Assembly: GCF_006345805.1 (NCBI RefSeq)
Contig: NC_043008.1
Span: 52,762,001-52,826,000, forward strand
DNA from: Octopus sinensis
Taxonomy: Eukaryota
Direction: 5' to 3'
DNA: 64,000 nt
Part shown: positions 13,024 through 25,965 of the stretch, piece by piece
How positions within the stretch are numbered: the first letter of the stretch is position 1
Layout of the letters: each line of letters starts with the position of its first letter
Program-made: the position numbers and the translations under genes
Notes under the pieces: model-generated
What the model saw: the letters and a program-made list of their open reading frames with translations, nothing else
Databases searched by the model: none
What the model was told of the DNA's origin: nothing

Positions 13024-14374
13024 TTGCAAGATAATGATATATAAAGCCACAACATACTTCCCTCAGAAATTTAAATACCATTTTTTATTTATTTTTTTTT
13101 TAATTCTTTACCTGGTTTCACTCATTGGACTATGGTTTGAATCACTGGACTACAGCCATATTGCTTCCAAGATTCTAGTTCATCATGTCAACTTGGAACT
13201 TAATTAAAACTGACACTTGACTTTTTAATCTCTATTGAATGGCTGAGTTTTATTTTTCCAGCTTAAAAGGGAATTTTCAATCAAGTCAAGTAATTAAACA
13301 AGTTCATCCTGTTCTTACATAAAAAGGTTTCGAGCTAATTACAGTAAAATATAAAAACAACAAACTTTGTGATTGTCTTGTATCTTAAGAGATAATCTAC
13401 ATAAGTGGTAAACTTCTTTAATACGTGGAGAGTCATTTAATTAGCAGCCACTTCAGAGATGTGTGATATGGAGCAGTAAAGCTTATCAAAGAGGGTGTGT
13501 TTCCTCTACACTGAATTATGACTTAAAACAAGGGAATTAAAGATGCATTGAGTTTTAAGTGAGAATGACTAAGTGCTTGTTGCAATGAAGAAGAGAGAAA
13601 AGATAATAGGTTGTCGAAACAGTAATGTACAAAAGCTTTGTTGATTAGGCTACATGCTTTTTAAACGGCTAGAAGCCAGACATAAAAAACCACAGGGTAT
13701 GTTCCGGATGCTGGATTACATAGTCTAGCCTAGGTAAAGTACATTACCTGCCATAGCTTCCGTAGCAGATCAAAAGACAAAAGCTAGTATCTGAAAGGAT
13801 ATCCACCTGCAAAACACTGTTCTAACCATCAGCATTAACCTACATTGATGCTTAAATTTTCAAATCTATTTCATTCATAAAAACAAAGGAACAAAAACAA
13901 TGTGTAAATGCATCATTAAAAAATCTTATAAATAGTTAAACAATATTTTTCAATTTCTTATACATGGCTTTTAAATATATAGAAAGTAGGTGGTCCATAA
14001 AGAGAAGAAAAATTTTCCTGATACTGACAAGATCAATAACATAAACAGTTGCTCTATCATCATCATTGTCATGCACAGCACTAAAACTTTGATAAGAAAA
14101 TTTAGGTTAACATGTTACATACCAAATAACTAGTCATTGCATACTGCAAGTATACAAAAATTCTACCAAATCCTTAACATTATGTAGAAACCTAATTTTG
14201 CTCAAAGTAAAAAATATCTTATAAACTATTTTACCATATAAACTTTCTGAAGATTTATTGAAATGCATGGTTTTCAGTTGTTAAAAATACTAATTTATTG
14301 ACAGCAATCACATCCATGTGAATTATTACAGAACTTGGTGAGGGATGAATAGACCATAATTTTTCTCATCTATT

Positions 14375-14690
14375 GGCAATCTGTAGCCTAGTGTTTAAGG
14401 TGTGTAGCTAATGGGCAGAAAGTCATAGATTCAATTCCTGGACCAAGCAGTGCATTGTTTCCTTGAGCAAGGTACTTCATTTCATTTGCTTCAGACTGTT
14501 CAGTTATTAATCAGTCCCAACCAAATACAAGTGCAATCCTTTCTCCCCCCCCCCAGCTGTCACATCCTGGATGTTCTGCTGAGCTCAAGAGTCTTGAGTG
14601 TCATTATCAGCTTGCAACTACATTGGCACTCACAACAATTAGCAAAAGCATGTTACATACTCACATGCAAGTGATGGCAGGCTGTATTTT
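14375..14690 (+). mobile_element. SINE family D, degraded
   Basis: tagcctagtg...gattcaattcctgg...ccttgagcaaggtactt. Confidence 0.65.
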
Positions 14691-14867
14691 ACCTTAAGCC
14701 TTTAGCATTTACACTGGCAACATTTGGCCCAAATATTCTACTTGTTTTATGTTCAAACTGACCAGATCTAGTCTCTCACACCAACCCTACACTGCCATTC
14801 TAAAACTTAACAGATGCATCGTTGAAATTGCAAAGCTACAAGATAATTCAAAACAATGTGAATAAAT

Positions 14868-15127
14868 TAAAAAAATATTAAAAATGTCCCTTCTCAAGCT
14901 ATGCCAGGCTCATAAGGGCCAGTTTCCCAGTTTCAGTGGTGTAGAAAATCCCCACCTGGACAGGATGCCGCTCCATCTCAGGATTACTCATTTTTGCCAG
15001 CTGAGTGGACTGGAGCAACGTGAAATGAATGTTTTGCTCAAGAACACAACGCATCGCCGGTCCAGGAATCGAAACCACAACCTTACGATCATGAGTTCAA
15101 CACCCTAACCACTAAGTCACAAGCCTC
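14868..15127 (-). mobile_element. tRNA-headed SINE family D inserted in a TTAA MITE
   Basis: tggcttagtgg-like head, cttgagcaa core; 14-bp TSD caatgtgaataaat (14854-14867 / 15128-15141). Confidence 0.8.
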
Positions 15128-15649
15128 CAATGTGAATAAATAAGGATTATTGTTCAAGAAATGTTCAAGAGTTAATTCTTATGGAGATGACTGGTTAGTG
15201 GTTGGTTGAGGTTACTGATAGGAGATTTAGTTTATTTGGATTTTCGTATCTTGAAAAGACAGTCATAGATGTCTTTAAGAAGCCAAATGTAGTGATGATG
15301 CTTGTCTTAACTTTCATCAATCAAGCAAACAATATTGATATTTCATTCAGAAAAGAATAGTGCTGGAAATAGATAAAATCACATCAATGGAAGCACTTGC
15401 AGATATTTTATCATTTCTCGTCTTTTAAAATTTTATAGATGTCTGGTGCTGTGTCTTGCAGGACAGTTGCATATTGCATTTACATATTATAATCTGAATT
15501 TCCCAACTCACCACTCCACACCACAGCAGCACATACTCAGTTTAATTTCTCATTTGGGAGCAGCTACTTGCAATAGACTAGCATCCTATCCAAGGGGAGA
15601 TTTACCTCACATCTGCTTGATGCAATAAAAACAGGAAAAAAAATCACCA

Positions 15650-15779
15650 GGCCACATGGAACACTGGGCATCAGAAAAAGACTGGAGCCTGGTGCAGTCT
15701 CATGGCTTCCCAGACCCCGGTCGAACTGTCCAACCCGTGCTAGCATGGAAAACGGACGTTAAACGATGATGATGATGAT
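15650..15779 (+). mobile_element. RTE 3'-end fragment
   Basis: ggagcctggtgcag...gttaaac(gat)n terminus. Confidence 0.8.
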
Positions 15780-16558
15780 ATAGAATCCAATTGCCAAAAG
15801 CTGCCAATTCCTCAGTTTTAAATCACATATTTATTGACTAGTTTGTAATGTCAGCCTTTTTTTAAAATTAGCAGCAAAAAAGTCACTATTTTGAGAAGAT
15901 GAGAGAATAAGTAAAATGTCTGGTGTCGAATGAGTCTGCATTGAATTGGCAATGCCAAAACAACTGTGCCAAAACATCTCATACCCTGATCAAAAAAATG
16001 CGCTTTTCCAGGAGAGGTGAGATTCTGCATTAGCCCCATTTTTTTTTTTTTTAATATACAAATAGTTCTTTTTTCTTTTCGTTGTGGTTCAAAGAGGCGG
16101 AAACGGCACAAATTCATTGCCATAGGATGATGGTTTGAGGTAGAGATGTCTTAGAGACATTGGCATTGTGCTAAGATACCATAACTGTGCAGCTAACAGA
16201 ACCAGAAAAACTTTTACTGAAATTTAGCATATAAACTACTGCAGCAACTTGTCTTTGCTCTTTCTTTCTTTCTCTCCCTCTCTGCACCAGCATCTGTCTT
16301 TTCTCTTATTCTTGCTAGTTCCCCACCCCACCGCACCCCACCCCAGCTCGCATCAACCCTCTCAAGTCACATGATCTCCCTACTCATCAGTCTTATGTCA
16401 TTCAGTACAATGAAAAGCTGGTCATCTACTTTCACTTCATTGGTTTTAAGCTTTGTGATTTAATTTCTCTCTTTCTCTATTACTAACGAGTTACATCCCT
16501 CCCTTCCACCCTCTCCTGCAAGTTGATCTGCTCTGAAATCCAACAAACACAGTTACAT

Positions 16559-16595
<37 letters not shown>

Positions 16596-17274
16596 AACAC
16601 ATATACATAAACACACATATACATACACACATAAGCATACACACATACATACACATATAAACACAAACACACACATACATATACACACACACATATACAT
16701 ACACACACATATACACAAACACACACATACATATATATCTATATTATACACACCCAGCTTCATAATATAGTTTACAGATGAAAGCAGCAACATTTGAGTC
16801 ACTTAATTACTTAAATAAAGAGCAAAGTAAATAACTTATTTGACAAATCTTCACTGAGAATTCGGTGGTGTGATGTTGGCAGTGGGTGGATATAACACTT
16901 GAAAATGATTCAAAATCTGTTAAAGACTTGAGTAAGATGCTTAAATCATTTGAAGTTACTGCAGACAGAGGTGGATGAAATGCACTCCCATGCATATCTT
17001 GTTCTTTCAACGGATGTTTCATGCAAATACACTTTCATTTCTATTAAAAATGGGTGTGATTCTTACATCATCTAAACCTCCATTTTCTGTTTCATTTCTT
17101 TATTTACATTACCAACTACTCACCACAAATAAATTACACAAAATATATTATATAACTGGAACTTATTTTCATAATCATTATCGCTGTCACCATCATCGTA
17201 ACATCTGGAGTGAGGTTGAGGTTTCTATACTATTACCAGATGCATATGTCAGCAATATAGTATCTTTACTTACT

Positions 17275-17595
17275 AGCACTTGTGCTGGTGGCACGTGTAA
17301 AAAACATTCAAGCGAGGTCATTGCCAGTGCCACTGGACTGGCTCCTGTGCAGGTGGCACGTAAAAAAGCACCATTTAAGCGTGGCCATTGCCAGTACCAC
17401 CTAACTGGCCCTCGTGCCGGTGGCACGTAAAAGCACCCACTAAACTTTCGGAGTGGTTGGCATTAGGAAGGGCATCCAGCTGTAGAAACTCTGCCAGATC
17501 AGATTGGAGTCTGGTGCAGCCATCTCGTTCGCCAGACCTCAGTCAAATCGTTCAACCCATGTTAGCATGGGAAGCAGATGTTAAATGATGAGGAT
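17275..17595 (+). mobile_element. RTE 3'-end fragment
   Basis: Near-identical in layout to 2742-3112. Confidence 0.8.
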
Positions 17596-18118
17596 GATCT
17601 CAATGCTTCTTGACATTACGTCATACCACTTTTGGTGTCTGACGCACTCACAAGTTATCCAAATTTCTTTACAACATTTCTATGATCAATACTGCACGTG
17701 CAATGTTTATCATTCACTTGACATCATCATATTAACGTCCACATTTTCATGCCTGCATGGGTCAGATGGAGTTTTTTGAGGCACATTTTCTATGGCCAAA
17801 TGTCCTTCCTGTTGCCAACCCTCAACTTTTTCCATGGCTAGACATGTTGAAGAATGTTGGAAATGAATGACACTGCTTATATGGCAGTGGTAATCATTTT
17901 ACAACTGTGATGTCAAGACAAGGAGATACACAGACACAACAGGCTTCTTTCAGTTTCCATCTACCGAATCCTTTGGTCATCCTGGGGCTTTAGTAGAAGG
18001 TACCTGCATAAGGTGACAAGCAATAGGACTAGCATGTGCATATTTACTGCCTACTGGTTTCAGACTTCAGCTATGCTGGGGACCTGTGTGCATGTATGTG
18101 TATGGTGTATTCATTGAA

Positions 18119-18172
<54 letters not shown>

Positions 18173-18175
<3 letters not shown>

Positions 18176-18302
18176 CGTTTTTGGATTTGGCTTGCAAGGT
18201 TCTTTATATGAAAATAAAAATAAGATATAAGTGGAAATTTTACCGGTAAGTGTGTTACATTATAAGGTACAAAAAGAAAATGACTCTCCCCAGACACAAC
18301 AG
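18173..18302. mobile_element. Fold-back element family P, short copy
   Basis: Antisense 3' end (18173-18210) joined to a sense segment ending acaacag. Confidence 0.65.
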
Positions 18303-18303
18303 T

Positions 18304-20787
18304 ATCATCATCATCATCATCGTCGTTTAACGTCCGTTCTCCATGCTAGCATGGGTTGGACGGTTCGACCGGGGTTCTGGGAAGCCAGAAGGCTGCACCA
18401 GGCTCCAGTCTAATTTGGCAATGTTTCTACAGCTGGATGCCCTTCCTAACGCCAACCACTCCGTGAGTGTAGTGGGTGCTTTTTACGTGCCACCTGCACA
18501 GGTGCCAGGCGGGGCTGGCAACGGCCACGGTCAGATTGGTGTATTTTATGTGCCACCGGCACGGAAGCCAGTCGAGGCGGTGCTGGCATCGGCCACGAGT
18601 CGGATAGTGCTTTTTACGTACCACCAGACCAGGGATCCTGGCTGGTTCAATTCGATTTCGCTTGCCCCAACATGTCTTCACAAGCAAAGGGGGTTGGCAA
18701 GGGTGCCTGTCGTACGGTCGCATTGGAGTATTTTACGTGCCACGGCCACGAGTCGGATAGTGCTTTTTACGTACCACCAGACCAGGGATCCTGGCTGGTT
18801 CAATTCGATTTCGATTTCGCTTGCCCCAACATGTCTTCACAAGCAAAGGGGGTTGGCATGGGTGCCTGTCGTACGGTCGCATTGGAGTATTTTACGTTCC
18901 ACGGCCCCGAGTCGGATAGTGCTTTTTACGTACCACCAGGCCAGGGATCCTGGCTGGTTCAATTCGGTTTCGATTTCGATTTCGATTTCGCTTGCCCCAA
19001 CATGTCTTCGCAAGCATGGGGGGTTGGGATGGGTGTCTGTCGTCGGATGAGGTTCTATATCGACTTCGCTTGCCTCAACCGGTCTTTGTGTCCAAGGGAG
19101 GAAAGGCATTCATAAGTGGGCTGGGCTCACTTGTCCTGCCTGGTCTTCTCACGTACAGAATATTTCCAAAGGTCTCGGTCTCTGGTCATTTCCTCAGTGA
19201 GGCCTAAAGTTCGAAGGTCGTGCTTCACCACCTCGTCCCAGGTTCTCCTGGGTCTACCTCTTCCACGGGTTCCCTCAACTGCTAGGGATTGGCACTTTCT
19301 CACACACCTATCTTCATCCATTCTCGCCACATGACCATACCAGCGCAATCGTCTCTCTTGCACACCACAACTGATGCTTCTTAGGTACAACATTTCTCTC
19401 AAGGTGCTAACGCTCTGTCGAGTATGTACACTGACATTACACATCCATCGGAGCATACTGGCTTCATTCCTCACGAGCTTACGCATGTCCTCAGCAGTCA
19501 CAGCCCATGTTTCGCTGCCATGTAGCATGGCTGTTCGTACACACGCATCATACAGTCTGCCTTTTACTCTGAGCGAGAGGCCTTTAGTCACCAGCAGAGG
19601 TAAGAGCTCCCTAAACTTTGCCCAGGCTATTCTTATTCTAGCAGTTACACTTTCAGCGCACCCACCCCCACTACTGACTTGGTCACCTAGATAACGGAAG
19701 CTATCAACTACTTCTAGTTTTTCCCCCTGGAAAGTGACGGAAGTTGTTTTCTGCAGATTTTCGGAGGTTAATGCTCCCGAGCATCTGCCACATACAAAAA
19801 CTGTCTTCCCAGTTAGCCTACCTTTGACATTGCTGCACCTCTTATGTGTCCATAGCTTACACTGGGTACATCTTCTAGAGTTTCTACCTACACCTTTTCT
19901 ACAGATCGAGCAGGGCCATCTTCCTGAAGATATTTGTGGATTGTCTACCTTTCTACTTATTAGTACTTTGGTTTTAGCTAGGTTGACTCTAAGGCCCCTT
20001 GATTCTAAACCCTCCTTCCACACCTGGAACTTCTCCTCCAGTTCTGATAGTGACTCAGCAATAAGAGCAAGGTCGTCAGCGTAGAGGAGCTCCCAGGGAC
20101 AGCCTGTCTTGAATTCCTCCGTAATTGCCTGGAGTACTATGATAAATAGGAGGGGGCTGAGTACTGAACCCTGGTGGACCCCAACCTCTACTTTGAATTC
20201 TTCTGTGTACATGTTGCCAACCCTAACCTTACTTACGGCATCTCTGTACATGGCTTGCACAGTCCTCACCAGCCATTCATCTATCCCTAGTTTCCTCATT
20301 GACCACCAGATAAGGGATCGGGGGACCCTATCAAAAGCTTTCTCCATGTCAACGAAAGCCAGGTACAGGGGCTTATCTTTGGCTAGGTATTTCTCCTGCA
20401 GCTGCCTTACCAGGAATATAGCATCAGTGGTACTTTTTCCTGGCACGAACCCAAACTGCATCTCATCTAAACTAACTCTCTCTCTAATTAGTTGGGCTAT
20501 GACCCTCTCCGTAACCTTCATTACTTGATCCAACAGCTTGATACCTCTGTAATTATTTGTATCTAGGGCATCACCTTTACCTTTGTAGCAGTTGACTAGT
20601 ATGCTGCTGCACCAGTCATTGGGTATGACTCCTTCGTGTATCACCTGGTTGACTATACGGGTGACTAGGTTATAGCCGACACTGCCAGATATTTTGAGCA
20701 TCTCTGCAGTAATTCCTGATGGGCCTGGGCTTTCCCTGTCTTCATGCTTCTAATTGCCTTAGCTACCACGGAACTATCAACTCGGAT
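18304..20787 (-). mobile_element. 5'-truncated RTE-clade LINE (RT ORF, long 3' UTR, (GAT)n tail)
   Basis: RT ORF 19127-20701, 3' UTR down to a (GAT)n tail at about 18304-18325, possible short TSD agtat (18301-18305 / 20788-20792). No endonuclease domain present. Confidence 0.95.
19127..20787 (-). pseudogene. RTE reverse transcriptase ORF, N-terminally truncated, one frameshift
   Basis: Motifs NYRGIKLL, QFGF, AFVDMEKAFDRV, GVHQGSVLSPLLF, YADD (20072-20083), FRYLG, RRLRWYGHVARM, GRGRPRRTW. The upstream KTGKAPGPSGITAEML motif needs one extra base in the G run at 20727-20729. Confidence 0.92.
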
Positions 20788-20788
20788 A

Positions 20789-20820
<32 letters not shown>

Positions 20821-20823
<3 letters not shown>

Positions 20824-22424
20824 CATATGCTTATGCAAGCTGTGGAAATCAATTGTCTCTTACACTGACAGCAGAGCACTGAATTATAATAAGTAATAGT
20901 ATATTATCAGATGGTTAACTGGAGCTAAAATACTTAATGCAGTGCACCAGTGAGATGGCCACATAAGGAAAAAGTGAAACAGAGTAAGAGAAAAAGAGGG
21001 GATGAAGGAGAAAAACATTCAATTAATATATTAAGAAAAATCATCAATATTTATATATCCATGCAGAAATCAATAACTTCTACTCTCTCTCTCCTTTTCT
21101 TAGGTACTAGTTTAATGTTAAGGGAGTGTCGTAGCAAAACTGCAGTAACACCACAACTGATGCAATATTTTGAAGTATTTATGAACAAGTTCTTTTATAT
21201 TCAAAATTCAAATTTCATTACAGTCAGCTTTATTGTTCTTGCTGCCAGGATGAAAGTGTATACCAGTAATATACTGAAATCAATTTGACTGACTGCATCC
21301 CTTCCTTATAAAATTCATAATATTGTGTTAAGTTCATATCCTTATAGATTTAGGGTTAGTTTGTTATTCTTTCCCACTTAAGTTTGTGGATTCTGGATGG
21401 AGACTGGAAGATTTGTTTGGGCATTGGACAAAATGCCTTGTGGTATTTGCTCTAGCTCTTCAGTGTCTGAGATCAAATTCTGATGAGGCTAACTTTGCCC
21501 TTCATCCCTCTGAGGTTTATAAAAAGTACCATTTAATTTTGATTTAATTGAGTAACCAGTCAAAGTTTTGCAAGTGAAATTGATAGATGGAAACTGCATG
21601 GCAGCCCATACTATATATATATATATATATATTACATATGCTTATGCAAGCTGTGGAAATCAATTGTCTCTTACACTGACAGCAGAGCACTGAATTATAA
21701 TAAGTAATAGTATATTATCAGATGGTTAACTGGAGCTAAAATACTTAATGCAGTGCACCAGTGAGATGGCCACATAAGGAAAAAGTGAAACAGAGTAAGA
21801 GAAAAAGAGGGGATGAAGGAGAAAAACATTCAATTAATATATTAAGAAAAATCATCAATATTTATATATCCATGCAGAAATCAATAACTTCTACTCTCTC
21901 TCTCCTTTTCTTAGGTACTAGTTTAATGTTAAGGGAGTGTCGTAGCAAAACTGCAGTAACACCACAACTGATGCAATATTTTGAAGTATTTATGAACAAG
22001 TTCTTTTATATTCAAAATTCAAATTTCATTACAGTCAGCTTTATTGTTCTTGCTGCCAGGATGAAAGTGTATACCAGTAATATACTGAAATCAATTTGAC
22101 TGACTGCATCCCTTCCTTATAAAATTCATAATATTGTGTTAAGTTCATATCCTTATAGATTTAGGGTTTAGTTTGTTATTCTTTCCCACTTAAGTTTGTG
22201 GATTCTGGATGGGAGACTGGAAGATTTGTTTGGGCATTGGACAAAATGCCTTGTGGTATTTGCTCTAGCTCTTCAGTGTCTGAGATCAAATTCTGATGAG
22301 GCTAACTTTGCCCTTCATCCCTCTGAGGTTTATAAAAAGTACCATTTAATTTTGATTTAATTGAGTAACCAGTCAAAGTTTTGCAAGTGAAATTGATAGA
22401 TGGAAACTGCATGGCAGCCCATAC
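20821..22424 (+). repeat. 811-bp tandem duplication bounded by (TA)n
   Basis: Copies 20821-21611 and 21632-22424; identical track ORFs at 20950 and 21761. Confidence 0.95.
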
Positions 22425-22448
22425 TATATATATATATATATATATATA

Positions 22449-22768
22449 TCATCACCATCATCGCTTAACGTCCGTTTTCCGCGCTAGCATGGGTTGGACG
22501 GTTCGACCGGGGTCTGGGAAGCCAGGAGGCTGCACCAGGCTCCAGTCTGATCTGGCAGTGTTTCTACAGCTGGATGCCCTTCCTAACGCCAACCACTCCG
22601 CGAGTGTAGTGGGTGCTTTTTACATGCCACTGGCACAGGTGCCAGAGGAGTCTGGCAGCAGCCTCGATCGGTTGGTGCTTTTAACGTGCCACCAGCACGG
22701 AAGCCAGTCAAGGCGGCACTGGCATCGGCCACGTTCAGATGGTGCTTTTTACGTGCCACCGGCGGCAA
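22449..22768 (-). mobile_element. RTE 3'-end fragment abutting (TA)n
   Basis: (cat)n-gcttaacgtccgttttcc start on the plus strand; same UTR. Confidence 0.85.
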
Positions 22769-23009
22769 GAAGAAAATGGAGGGGGTCCAGAGGTAGTATG
22801 CATCAACTGTTAGATATTATATTATGCCTATTTATTTATTTTAAACAATTATGAGAATATGTATACATGTGTAAAGATTTTGTTTTACATATATAAGTAC
22901 CAGTAATTTCTAGAATAGAAAACTGTCACATGCACTGAAGCTGATAAGACTTAAATAGGTGGAAAGTGGAATCATTTCTTTTATTCAGATCTACATGCTC
23001 TCTCTAGAG

Positions 23010-23188
23010 CAGTGGTTTTCAACCAGGGTTCCACAAGAAGTTACAAAAATGCTAAAATCGACAGTAATTTTTAATTCTCCTGTGCAGATATGTGTGCATA
23101 AGACAATTAAATAATTGATTAGGGGTTCCTCGAGCCAGTGGAATGTTTCCTTGGGGTTCCGCTTCAGCAAAAAGTTTGAAAAGCACTG
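23010..23188. mobile_element. hAT (Charlie-like) MITE
   Basis: TIR cagtggttttcaa / ttgaaaagcactg; 8-bp TSD ctctagag (23002-23009 / 23189-23196). Confidence 0.9.
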
Positions 23189-24958
23189 CTCTAGAGGTTA
23201 TTACCTCAGAATTGCTTAAAAGCAAAGCTAGAAATATTTTCTTCTAAGGAAAGTAGAATTTGCATTTGTATAAGAGTGTGGGTGGGGCACATGTGATATA
23301 TATATATATATATTGTGCATATATGTACGTGTACATGAAATGTGTTTTTGCTTATTGAGTATAAGTATGTATATGTATGTATAAAAGCGTAAGTGTAACA
23401 TTATCCAAAATGGGTTAGATGTGAAGAAAATGTAAAGAAAATGAAAAATAATCAGAGATAGGAAGAGAGAATGTGAGAGAAAGAAAGAGAGAGGTGTGAG
23501 ACGGAGAGATTTGTTCTTCATCTGGTTTTATATGTCACCTTGTCCTAATCGCGGCAGCAAACTTGTATTTCTTATTTCCATTCTCTCTATTTAAATTCTG
23601 CTCTGTTCACTAGATTCTTCCTACATCTATCTCAGCTCTATCTTCATGTTTGTTTGTCTGTATCTCACTGCTGCGTGTGAGAAAAGGGGGGGGGTAGGAA
23701 TCTGTGGGTAGACCGACCACATGGCAAGCACGTATGTATGTAGCGTAGGTAGCAAAGTCTTTGACCCAGTTCCAATTCCTGGGTGGGGTCATTTCACTTA
23801 CTCCGCAAATTCTCATGTGAAAAGTATGAACGTTGATGCACCCAGTCTTACAACACCCATAAATACAAGAGCTAATCATTCACCCTTTGATAGATACCAA
23901 CAAGCAAGAAATATTAAGCTATTGACAATATAGACACACCTATAAACCAACATAACATTTAAATCAATGCAATGATCACACCCTCAGTAATTGCCTTATT
24001 CACCTTTTCAGATCAAAATACACACACAACAAGCCAAGTAGAAGCCCCTATGGTCTTATAACCAGCTAGAAATAGCAGCTCTAAAACTTCACCAGTACTA
24101 ATGAATGAACAAATGAAAATAATATGAGATGGGGAAGATATTTCAGTCTCGTTGAAAACAAGACAGCCTCTCTAATGTTGGTGCCATGATAAAATGCACC
24201 CAGTGCAATCTGTAAATTAGTTGGTGATATGAAGGGTAACCAGCCATAGAAACCATGCCAAAAATTAGAGTGGATGAGTGAGACATGGCTTCTGATACAT
24301 CAGGGGGATACCTTATGATTGAATTTAAGCATCAGAATTCACATTGTTAGATGTAATACTTATTTATTCACATTTTGAATTAATCAGGCATTACCTCATA
24401 GCTTTGAGATTTTCATGATGTGACTGCTTATTTTCAGAATGACATTCTAGGGTAGGTGTAAGAGGCTAGATCTGGCCAGTTTGAAGAAACAAAAAACAGA
24501 ATATATGGGGTGTATATATGGTCAGTTTAAATGCTAATGAGTTAAGCATTAGAATTCTAATAGATTAATGGTGATCTTGAAACGACTATATTCATACTCA
24601 ATGAAGATAATAAGCAAAACAAAGAAAAATATTGTTATGGGGGTGGGGGAACAATAACAGGGGTAAAGAAATTGAAACATTTTGGGATTAAACTTATTCT
24701 TAACTTGCTTAACATGTTAGAATTGTTTTGTTCTGAAGAACATTTTAGAAAGAAATCATGTTACCATTGCCAGTTCTCAAGAGGGGTAATAAAAACGTCA
24801 TAATATATACCTAATCATAACTGCCAATCATTGTTCTAATTAATTAGGGCATGAATCAATTCCTAATAAAAATTATCATTATCCTGTAAACTGATTACGT
24901 ACAGTGTGTGTATAATATGTGTGTGTGCATAATATATATACACATGTATGTGTGTGTG

Positions 24959-25005
<47 letters not shown>

Positions 25006-25663
25006 AGTGTGTGTGTGTGTGTTTGTATAATACAGATACGTATGTGTGTGTGTGTGTGTATAATACATATGTGCATGTATCTGTAAATGTAGAATATATA
25101 TGTGCATGTGTATATACATAATATATATGTATGTAACTTTATCATAATTTAACGTCCACTTTTTTGTTTTTCTAAGCCGGCATAAGTTGGATGGAAATGT
25201 ATATGTTTGGATAATATATATATGCATGTATGTGTGTATTATATATATATGTGTGTGTGTGTGTTTAATTAACTTCCATAATAATGTTTATAAGTGTACC
25301 TTAGATCACACATAATTTGAGATCTTTATATAAATATCAGTCATACACAAACTATAGGCTTACCAAATAACCTTTTAAGGTAAAATTATGCAAATATTCT
25401 AACCCTTTTATTATTATTGAAAGGCTTACCAAATAGGTAAATAAAAAATGTACTCAATACAAGATGTAAAGTATATAGTCTTTTTTATATTTTTCATTTT
25501 TTTTTTCCACCTTTAAGCTACAACAACTTTAAGCAAGTTATTAATTAATGAATGTTTGCAAAAAGAAAAAAAAAAGAAAAAGGTAGTTTGCAGAAAGACA
25601 CAGACGAGAAATTAACTGTACTTGTCTTGTTAACCATTTTATAGTGTAGATACTACCTTCCTT

Positions 25664-25965
25664 GTGGAGGCATATGGCCTAGTGGTTAGAGCAGCGGACT
25701 CGCGGTCGAGGGATCGTGGGTTCGAATCTCAGACCTGGCGATGTGTGTGTTTATGAGCGAAACACCTAAATTCCACGTGGCTCCGGCAGAAGGTAATGGC
25801 GAACTTCTGCTGACTCTTTCGCCACAACTTTCTCTCACTCTTCCCTCCTGCATCTTGCAGCTCACCTGCGACGGACCGGCGTCCCGTCCAGGTGGGGAAC
25901 CTATACGCCAAGGAAACGGGAAACCGGCCCTTATGAGCCAGGCATGGCTCGAGAAGGAACTAACG
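25664..25965 (+). mobile_element. tRNA-derived SINE family G, young copy
   Basis: A box tggcctagtgg, B box ggttcgaatc; 12-bp TSD actaccttcctt (25652-25663 / 25966-25977). Confidence 0.9.

Noticed and set aside
15985-16123. ATG-to-donor segment as FRMD5 first exon
   Set aside because: No FERM motif, contains a long poly-A run, and phase 1 is incompatible with the phase-0 exon at 5373.
18640-18690. UGAAGA...GAAAUCGA in RTE 3' UTR units (minus strand)
   Set aside because: The sequence between the motifs cannot form stem II.
18343-19115. 235-aa and 147-aa plus-strand ORFs
   Set aside because: Antisense to the GC-richer repeated RTE 3' UTR.
20950-22099. Two identical 112-aa ORFs as paralogous genes
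   Set aside because: By-product of the 811-bp duplication; no domain or splice support.
23540-23850. Locally CpG-richer unique region as a promoter
   Set aside because: No diagnostic elements; cannot be supported from sequence alone.
25664-25740. tRNA gene
   Set aside because: A/B boxes present, but the anticodon and acceptor stems do not pair and it continues into a SINE body with a TSD.
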